Positions 1-9,282 of a DNA stretch of 64,000 nt are shown piece after piece (within the stretch, counting starts at the first letter, position 1; each line of letters opens with the position of its first letter). Both the position numbers and the translations under genes were made by a program. A model generated the notes under the pieces. It worked only from the letters and a program-made list of their open reading frames with translations. It ran no database searches and had not been told where the DNA came from. The DNA lies in assembly GCA_002269645.1 (NCBI GenBank), contig NIVC01002872.1, positions 62,001 to 126,000 on the forward strand, written 5' to 3'. This DNA comes from Macrostomum lignano. Lineage: Eukaryota.

Positions 1-1332
1 AAGCACAACTGTCTTAATGGAAGTGATCTTTGAATAGCGTCAATAATCTTTTAGAAAATTCCTGTCGAAGCAATATATGCTACTATAGAAAAAGGAAGGC
101 AGACAGAAATTATGTTTTCTCAAACTGGCGCAAATAGTTTCACTGACGAATTTTCGCTCTCAATGCTCCCACAGCACTACTACGAGCTCGCAACGTGAAA
201 GACGCAAGTTCGGCTATAATTTAGTAGGCTTCATTAAATAACTTCAAAGTATATCAAGACCTGCATTTCTCGAAGAAAATGAGATGCTTGCTGAAATAGG
301 TGCAAAGAATCGCTACCCATCATTGCAAGCGCAAGACTCTGATACTGTCACTGGCGGCGGGCGGATGAGCTAGCTTCCACACCTGAGACTGAGACATTCT
401 GTCAGTTTTCTTCGCGTCCAGCAGGCTACATGCATGGCTAATATACCATTTTCGAGAGCTGTTTTCTGCCTCCAACGACACCTGCTGTCACCAACTACAA
501 GAGGATTTGTAGGATTTCTGCTGTTGCTAGCAATCTTTCTGCTCAGATTCGCAGAGGCAGTTTCTGCGCATGACGCAGGACATCTAATCAAGAGGTATGA
601 ATCCTTTTGACTAGCTGCTTAGGATTTACACAACCTAATTAGGAAAACATGTCGTGAATTAATAGCTTCACCCAACGCCAGTGTAACAGACGCATGTCTC
701 ATCTGTGTCGGGACTTGTCGAGTTGCAATTCTTCATGGCCATTGACGCTAAACCGTCTTTTCAACTGACAAGCAGCGATTTTGGATTTGGAGGGGGGGGG
801 GCATTATCCATAGCGTACTCTCGTACGTTGAAGTGAATTTCTCCTTGATTGTAGAATTGTCTCCATAACGCTGTCGAGCATTGTGATTGGGATATCGGGG
901 AAACGTTCCGCGGGGAAATGTACCGGTATAGTACATTTTTGAGGTAATGCTACAAAGCCGCTAAAAGTTTGCAACCAAATACTTGCAACCATGCAGCGCT
1001 AGAGAGATGAGGATTACCGGTACATAATGAAAAATTAAATGAATTGAATGAGACGTAGAGATTTACTTTTTATCGCAGAGGAAATCTGTATGCAGGAGGG
1101 AAACACTACCAATTTCAAAATGCTAGTGAATACTGCCAGTGGATGCTGCCAGACTGAATTTGCTGAATGCCTCCCGTTGGCTAAAACTCATTGAGTCGCC
1201 ACAGTTGCACAAACCAATCGGAAGTCCTCTACAAATTCTTCCCAGCCTGGCAAAACCCACTCCCATAAATTGACTCATTGCAAACGAGAAAGAACTCTCT
1301 CTCTGCTTTGGTTCGGATTTGAAATAGCAATC

Positions 1333-2496
1333 ATGGAGATGGCTAACAACAGCGACAAAGCGTCCAGCTCCAGTTCCAGTGCCAACCGTAATCAGCTGGC
1401 GTACCGGTGGGTGCAGATGCTGATCGGGCTTGGCCTGGTGCCTTTGGTGTGCCTAATTGGCATCGTCTGCAACATCCTGTGCGTGCTGGTTTTTGCTAAA
1501 CGAAAGATGCGCACTTCAACTAACATCTACTTATTGACGCTTGCTTTCGGCGATCTCATGAAGCTAGTTAACGATCTGATGTACACTCCTAGTGTCATCT
1601 GTAAGTACTTCTTTGCTGGCAGCGAAGATGTGATCTATGTGAACTACTACCAGGCGGGTTATTTCCTGTCCCAGTACGCCTCCACTGTCGCAGCCTGGAT
1701 GACGGTGGCCGTTGCTTTTGAGCGTTTCCTCATGGTAGTTTTTCCAACCTCCTGCCGAGGCGCCCTAACTGTCGGCAAGGCAGCGCTGGCCAGTACCCTA
1801 ATCGCCATCCTGGTTCTACTGGTCAACATACCGATTGGGCTGCGCTACGAGAAGGTTCCCGTGCTGGATGCTAACTCCAGCCTTGTGCAGATCACGCTGA
1901 ACGTAACGCAACTCTGGACAAAATACTTGGCCTCGTCCTATTCGAATTTTCAATCAAGCTTTCGTTGCATTGTACCCTTGGTCATCCTGACGGTACTAAA
2001 CGCCTGCATTATAGTGAACGTGCGCAAGACCAGGGCAAACAGGCGCCTTGCAGCTCGCAACCGCATCACACTGATGCTGGTCATCGTTATTTGTCTTTTT
2101 ATAGCCTTCGCCTTGCCAGACGCGGCCATGACTCTCTACGGCCTCGGTTATCACGAAGTAAACACAGACACTCAGCGAATCGTACGCGAGATCACGGACT
2201 TTCTGCTCACGCTAAACTCGGCGCACAACTTCTTTCTATACATGTTTTTTAACTCCATCTTTTTCGAAGTTTGCCTCAGCACAATCTGCCGCCGCGTCAA
2301 TGGAGCGGGCCAGAAGGCCAGACTAGGGCACAAACGCTCGGAGGGAAGCCGTCGCCGACAGAGAAGCACTGGATGTCAGGAGGAGGGCAGCAAGCTGGAG
2401 CTCCAAAGTCCAAAGCTGACTCATGCAGCTGCTGCTGTCAAAGAGGAAAATAACGGCATCACATACGAAGCCGTGCAAAGCGTTGAGATTCACTAA
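1333..2496 (+). CDS. Intronless class A (rhodopsin-like) peptide GPCR, FMRFamide/sex-peptide-receptor-like, about 387 aa
   Basis: Seven hydrophobic segments; TM1 GIVCN, TM2 LAFGD, TM3 ERF (DRY equivalent), TM6 FALPD, TM7 NSAHNFFLY; N-terminal NNS sequon. First in-frame ATG is at 1333 (the track start at 1270 is TTG); TAA at 2494-2496. Confidence 0.9.
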   Translation: MEMANNSDKASSSSSSANRNQLAYRWVQMLIGLGLVPLVCLIGIVCNILCVLVFAKRKMRTSTNIYLLTLAFGDLMKLVNDLMYTPSVICKYFFAGSEDVIYVNYYQAGYFLSQYASTVAAWMTVAVAFERFLMVVFPTSCRGALTVGKAALASTLIAILVLLVNIPIGLRYEKVPVLDANSSLVQITLNVTQLWTKYLASSYSNFQSSFRCIVPLVILTVLNACIIVNVRKTRANRRLAARNRITLMLVIVICLFIAFALPDAAMTLYGLGYHEVNTDTQRIVREITDFLLTLNSAHNFFLYMFFNSIFFEVCLSTICRRVNGAGQKARLGHKRSEGSRRRQRSTGCQEEGSKLELQSPKLTHAAAAVKEENNGITYEAVQSVEIH

Positions 2497-3659
2497 TTAG
2501 ACTGCTTTTTGTGAATTAAAATTAAACAGCTTCTTGCACACTCTGGCTGTCGTATTGTCTCTTTTCTGTTTCAGACTAAGTGTAGTGTTTATATTTCTGG
2601 TCTGTGCCTGCAGCTTTTCTAAACAAAAATTAACTTTCTTTAATTGTGGATCCAGCGAGGACTAATACGAACGTAGTTAAACGTTTGATCTACACCGATT
2701 GATTGATTCTCATAAATATGGACACATGTATAGCAGCATCACTATGTACTAACATTTAGACTGTTCGCTGTCAAGGACTACTAAAGTAGAAGGACGCAAC
2801 ACTCGAAATCTATGAAAAATATTTTGAAGGCCACTTTTCGCCGCCAAACACTAGGGAGATAGGAAGTTTTCATTTTTCTGCACAAAAATGGTTATTGCTT
2901 TCGATATGATGCAGATCTAATGTTCATCTTTTGATATGTTTTGCCTTTTTTATATCTCTATCGATATTTATAAAGCTTTTCGTTCAGAAAATTAGGATTT
3001 TGAGTGATTTTTTTATTCTATGTACGAGGCTCGTACAATTGCACACTGGGTCTGCCTCCCGTATCCGTAGTGCAAAATCTCTGTAGTGCATTTTTCGGCG
3101 AAAAGCGGCCTTCAAAAAATTTTTCCATGAAACGTAAGTGTCGCGTCCTGTATATACGTAGCTTTAGTTGTCCTTGTTCGTTGTATAATCTGGTAATGAA
3201 TAATTAGGACAAAAACATTTCGAGTATTTTCAAGTACCGTTTCGTTTTCTCGTTTTGTTCCGTGGTTCCAGTAAATATTATGTAGTTATATCATCTTTTT
3301 TAGGAACGCATGCACATGCAAACAGCATCAAAAAATAAAATATGTTATCTAACACTGGTAATGGGTAGAAATTTGCCTTTCATTTTCTGATTTGAAATCA
3401 TTTGAGTTCAAAATACGATAGAGAGTTAAAGAAAATACGTTGAAAACAGAATTGGCACGAAATTTTGAGCCTGTGAAAGTGTCATGCAACAGCCAAAACC
3501 GGATGTTTCAGTATATCTTCAAAAAAAGGTGCCTGTATGCACGGCCTTGTGACGCATACAAAACAACCAAAAATGACCACTTTCAATGTTTCTGTCTATC
3601 TCCTACCTGACTTAAGATCACAGCGGATAAAGTACGAGTATTTGAAGAATAGCACAAGG

Positions 3660-5170
3660 CTAGCTCGTATATGTAGCTTCTGATCTTGTACAGTCACTAT
3701 TGTTAATTTCTTAAAGCTTGTTAATGCCGCAGCAGTTCAGAAATTCCCCCCTCTTTCATGAACCTTGACACCAACAATTCTCCCGATAAGCCACAGCATT
3801 TCAGCCATCCCTCTTATCAGTCCTTACAGCTCAGCAATTCCCCCATGTGCCACAGCATTTCAGCGATTCCCCCCCCCCATAAGCCTTATCTTATCTTAGC
3901 AGTTCCCTATGAGCCGTTTATGGTTGACAGGGCGATACTTTTATAATTGAACCCTAACCCTGCTGAGAGTCCCAGCATTTCAGCAATTCCCTCCCATGCC
4001 ATGAGTTTTGGCATTCCAGTACTTCCCCCATGAGCCACAGAATTACAGCAAGCCTTGACATCTCAGCAACTCCCCCATGAGCCTTGAAAAGCAGTTCCCA
4101 TGAACTATGACATTTAAAAATTCCAATCATGAGTCTTTTATGGTTTAACCCTTAACCTGCCGAGCGTCACATCTTAGCAACTCCCACCGTAAGCCTTGAC
4201 ATCTCAGCAATTCTCCATGAGCATTGAGCCACTGAACTTTAGCAATTTCTGCCATGAGTCTTGACAAAACTCAGCAATTCCCCCATGAGACTTTTATGAT
4301 CGATTTGGCGCTTCTTTTATGTTTGACATGACGCATTGTTATGTGGCACATGGTGTTTTAATAACTTCCAAAAAAGAGTTAATTTTTTGTGACCACGATT
4401 TTTTTACGCCATTTCCTTTTCCACACTTCGGCCTAACTAAGTACTGTTCATTCATTGAAAACCCCAGCCATGCAAGGATAAGGGTTCACTGAGTCGATTG
4501 ATCCATACCTCAGTCGGCATCGCTCAAGCGTTTCCCCACACTATAGAAGTGCTCAATATTCATTCAATAGAAGCTGTGCTGCTTCTATTGAAGACAGAAA
4601 ACAGAAAACACTTACTCCATACTTCTTCCTTTCTGGTATGAATTTTTCTGTAGCTAACTACATGTAAGCCCGATAGCACTGAATTTCTGCATCAGTTAGC
4701 GGAAACAATCAAGCGCAGCTTATAGTGGTGCCGGCTTTATCATGTGACTTAGTCTGCAATAAAACAATGTGAGACTTTTGCATTCATTTTTTTTCCATTT
4801 TACATTCGCCATATGGCCATTAGCTTAAGACATGTGAGATTTTCTGTGAGACAGATTAGTATACCAGTGAGGTTGCTTCAATCAGCGGGTTTACATGACG
4901 CTTCTTTCATGGTTTACATGACGCTTCTTTCGTGGTTTACATGACGCTTCTTTCATGGTTTACATGACACTTATTTCATGATTTACATGACACTTATTTC
5001 ATGGTTTACATGACGCTTCTTTCATGATTTACATGACACTTATTTCATGGTTTACATGACACTTATTTCATGATTTACATGACACTTATTTCATGGTTTA
5101 CATGACGCTTCTTTTCCGGTTGACTTGGCGCTTCTTTTGAGTTTCCAAGGCGCTTTTTTATGGTTGACAT
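3660..5170 (-). mobile_element. Inverted, degenerate relative of the satellite-bearing Helitron-like element at 20.3-25.9 kb
   Basis: CTCAGCAATTCCCC motifs, ATGTAGCTTCTGA (about 3670-3685), AACCCTAACCC (about 3950) and TTTACATGACGCTTC repeats are reverse complements of motifs at 20880-25830. Confidence 0.6.
4885..5110. repeat. Short array (about 10 copies) of a 22-23 bp unit GGTTTACATGACGCTTCTTTCAT
   Basis: Directly visible tandem; reverse complement of the large 23-bp satellite. Confidence 0.9.
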
Positions 5171-6011
5171 GGCGATCATAATGATGAGGACGCACTTTTT
5201 TTCCAAACTTCACGCTCGCACATGGGCTCCAAACTTACTAGCCTACTAACAACAGGCTATGGGCATTTTTTCTTCTCTTTATGTAATTTTCCTAGAATTC
5301 AGTTATATGATTTTGCCATACTTGTAGTTATAATAACATAGGTGCGGCTTTTGGGTCATAAATCATTGCTTTCGAGCTGGTCTGACAGCCACCTGCGCCT
5401 CACTCAATGCTGAGACTGGCGCCAGATGGTCTGAGGGGATGCGGGCGGTAGCTTTTTTTCTCATCATTTTGACAGGCCATCAAGATTTATGAGGTCAGGG
5501 CCTATTGTTCGTGTTTACTCAAGCGTGTGACAGCTTTGACAGCTATGCGCTTTACCTCTAAAAGTACGTTGGGATTAGCGATTAGCGATTTCTCTTCATT
5601 ATCTTCACTTTCTACTTAATAAGAGCTTTCTAATGTATATTTTTTCATTAATTTTTGTCATTCCTACGCGAATGACAAATGGTCATAAATGGTCATAAAT
5701 GGAATAAATGGTATTATTCCATATCATAAATGGAATAGATGGAATAAATGGTCATAAATAAAGCTTTCTAATGTATCTTTTTTCATTAATTTTTGTCATT
5801 CTTACGACAAAACGCAAGAATGATTCTTACGACTTCTTACGTTCTTACGACGTACGAATGACAAATAGTCATAAATGGTCATAAATGGAAATAATGGTCA
5901 TAAATCATTATGTAGCGATTTTGAGTGATATATGACCGCACCTGTCGTATTTTTATGGCCCCGAGAGAACTGATAGGATCTTCTGGTCACGTGAGTTTGG
6001 GTGGCAACAAG

Positions 6012-6128
6012 CTCAGCCAATCAGAAAATTCGACAAATCAAATCAAATCTTTATAACAAATCGGCTCAGCCAATCAGCGTCGAGGTGTTCCATTTTAGCA
6101 AATTGCGGTCCAGTTGGCGGCTATAAAA
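6012..6128 (+). promoter_or_regulatory. Possible Pol II promoter-like module (two TCAGCCAATCAG CCAAT boxes, then CTATAAAA) inside an unidentified insertion
   Basis: Motifs seen directly (CCAAT near 6016 and 6070, TATA-like at 6121-6128); no downstream gene identified, may be LTR-derived. Confidence 0.3.
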
Positions 6129-7439
6129 ACCGGTGTTTTTGGCCCGCTCGGACTCAACCTCCTGCTCCGCCTCCTGGGACTTTGGCCTAACTTAGACCTC
6201 CCGGAGCTCGACCGTCGTCTCTTGATCCCCGGATCGCGACTCCCCCCATCATCATCAAGGACGAATCCCCCCGGTCGTCAGCAGCGAAGATCAAGATTAA
6301 GAACATCACCTGCTAGCTATTTGCGAAGGTTGTGACATCAAGCATCATCCCGGGCCTACAGCTGCGAAGGCCTAAGCCGATTCGGTCACTGTGGATTACC
6401 TGGTCTCCGGCTGTTGAGTTTCTGATTGGTTGGGTGAGAGGCTACCTAGACTTGCTTGATTGGCTGATTCCTTATCTGTCCCCTATTTCAGTAGCTGGAT
6501 CATGCGCACACTTTTGCTCAATTTGTTCAGTAGTGCTGTTTTTGAGGCAGAGATCATTCAATAATACTGCTAGTAGTCTGAAACTCCAATTCAATCTGAA
6601 GTGTGAAGTGAACTAAGGAGAAGGTTAAATCTGACAGCTATTTTCATCGGTTTTATTTCTTTGTTCGCCGATGGCTCAGATAAGCTACTAAGCTAGTAGG
6701 CGCCGGTTACAGTGGACCAATGGCAAGGCAGTTCTCAGTCGATCAATCTATCAAATCAGTTAGCGAAGTTGCCAATAGTGCAGAATCGGCGCTAGAGATG
6801 TACTCATGTGCACTCTAGATTCGCCAAGCGGCTCGGGTAGTGAATCATGCGGTCTCTGATGTTCGAGTTAGCCTATCATCAGCGCTACGAGAGGCTGGTC
6901 GGCGCTTTGAAGGCCAAAAGTACAATTTCTCGTATTTAGCAGTGTAATAGTACATGTAACAACGCTATAGTCTCGCCACTGCAAGAATCCCCTGCACAAG
7001 TCCCCTCTGTACCTGCATGGCCAATGCGATCGAGTCCCAGCAGTGTCCCTTAACATCGGCTATGACTTCGAGATTGACTGCAAAAAGAAACTAGTTGGCA
7101 GGTAAGTGCTAAGCCCCTTCAGTTGGAAGCCCGATTTCGAAAGTCCCGGTTTGGTGAGCCAGGACGCACGGGCTGCTGGTGGCAGCGGGTTAGTTAATCT
7201 GTGGATTAGCTGATCTCTACCTTCAAAATTCTCCCTGCTTGTCTCTCGCTGTCCCTCTCTTAGCTATAGGACCTAGACTGCTCGCCACACGATCAAGCTA
7301 CCATGGGGCTGACCATCTGACAGGAGTGGGGGCCAGGACTCTAATTGATTTATTTCTGAGACCTGAGGCCCGAAGGCTTCCACAAAGGAGCCGAAAAGGT
7401 CGAAACCCATCAATAATTTTATTCTTTTTTCGTTAAGTT

Positions 7440-7740
7440 GACTTCACTTTAAAAAAGCTATACATAAAAAAATTATACTATTAAAATTCGAACCCAGGTC
7501 CGCTGCATTAGTATGTTCACATCCAAGGTTAGCTCCCATCGAATCGATGACATGAATTGTAGTAGCACTTACATGTATAATTCAATGCTCACATCAAGTC
7601 GGTAAAAGTGAAAGTCCCAGGAAGCAAGCAGTTATGACGTAAACGATTTGTCAGTCAGTATTAGTCGCAAATAATCAAGTCTAAGTTGCGATGCAGTCAT
7701 GCAGTCTGTGCTTCCCTAACTGTGTTTTCCACACTGTGAC
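7440..7740 (-). mobile_element. Further fragment of the same Helitron-like family
   Basis: AAAATTCGAACC..CGCTGCA, CAGTCAGTAT and TTCCACACTG match the reverse complement of 20600-20880. Confidence 0.45.
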
Positions 7741-8589
7741 GTAATTCAGATCGGAGTCAGCCGTAAATTGAGGATAAATAGAGCTGAGCCAGCTGCGATG
7801 CAATCAAGCTTTATCTGAATCAGAATTAAGTCAGTCAAGTTTTTTCTTCGCATTCATATTCGAAAAAATCTGCTTGGCATTTGAAAGCATTTTTCAAATA
7901 TTCAACAGTAAGGACTACTACATAGAAATTCCCCTGAATTTTTTGCTGCACTGGAACAAACCAACGCTGAGACACGAAATTCAAGAACGCATACAAACTT
8001 TTTATTGCGCACCTTCTCAAAGAAGAACCAAGTCGCCAGCTCTCCGGACCGTCGAGATATTCAACAATTCTGCCAGAAGATCGGATTTTTCCCATAAGCG
8101 CTAGTGCGCCAATCAGCACTGCGCCTCAGTGCAGTCTTGCCAAGCCTCTAAATTTCATCAGCACAGCGACCTCTTGTGTCTCCATCGGACTTCGTTGGTT
8201 ACTAGGCTTCCCCGAGGTGAAGCTTCTGAACCTTCAATAGCTGTGGCACCATGTGACCATGAACATCCTGTCGCGAATTTCTCTAGTTTCTCGATCTGAT
8301 CAAGCCTCGAAAGTGCATGGCAAACCTCAACTGCTGGACATCCTCAGCTGTGGTCTCTCCTGCATTCCGTCATCACCCACCACTCCGTCGGCCATGTACG
8401 CGACCTTTACCAAATCCAATTCACGCCGCGTCATATCCCAGGTTCAAATGGGGGAGCTGCTACTGTCGATTCCAAAGTCGGCATACGTCTTTAGGACCAG
8501 CCGGCATCGTGACCGGGCCGCGGCTCTGCAGCGAGCCATCCGAGCACCAGTTGGACTATAAAATGCATTCGCAACTTCGGAGTGCCTGC

Positions 8590-8781
8590 ATCGCCAAAAT
8601 GAGTGCCGCTGGCGTCAAAATTAGTGTCTGCTGCAACAAAATGAGTGTCTGCGGCGCTAAATTCAGTGCATGCTTCGCCAAAATGAGTACTAACAACGCT
8701 GATTTCAAAATAATGTATGAATTTAGTCATGTAAAATTCTCGGCTTTGTCCCCCACCATAAAATCCTTGGCGACGTCCCTT
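8590..8781 (-). mobile_element. One end of a hAT-like element with degenerate 21-bp subterminal repeats
   Basis: Reverse complement of about 8730-8781 (AGGGACGTCGCCAAGGATTTTATGGTGGGGGACAAAGCCGAGAATTTTACA) matches the left end of the MITE at 27578; CAAAATGAGTG recurs at about 21-bp spacing. Confidence 0.45.
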
Positions 8782-9282
8782 AGAGCTTGTCTCGTCTGTC
8801 AGGATTTCTTAAATCTCGGTTGCTTTTTGAAACTATCTTGCATATTATACATGTATGTATTATGAATAGGTGATTTTGTATTAGTTGTGTTAATAAAATA
8901 CTCATAGAAGCTAATCGGAATTTTTTTACTGATTTTTATTGTTAGATTTTTACTTTAAATGTTTTAATGCTTTCATTTCTTACTTGTCACACGGTTTTTT
9001 AATTAAAAAGATTCAGCCTCACAATTTTTCCTACAATTTTTTCAAGTTCAAACCAGTTTTGAAAACGGTCTGTCAAGCTAGATTGTTAAATTGACGTATT
9101 TCCTTTGTGACATTTTACTACATTCTCTGTCTCATTAGTAAATCTACTAAATTTCATCATTTAGTTCTAATATTCCCACATAGGCCTGGTTGCCAGGTTT
9201 GCTACTGCTAATTCCTGGTCTATTTTAAATAAATACTATAAATATATATTTCAGCTATCTTATATAAAATACTCTAATAGTA

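Noticed and set aside
1270-1332. N-terminal extension of the GPCR in the ORF track
   Set aside because: Starts at TTG; the first ATG at 1333 gives a normal N-terminus.
5600-5900. Local duplication with AAATGGTCATA repeats
   Set aside because: Short AT-rich duplication with no termini or coding signal.
7835-8865. Several 76-182 aa ORFs on both strands
   Set aside because: No recognisable motif; frames interrupted by stops; part is explained by 21-bp subterminal repeats. May be a decayed element but cannot be named.
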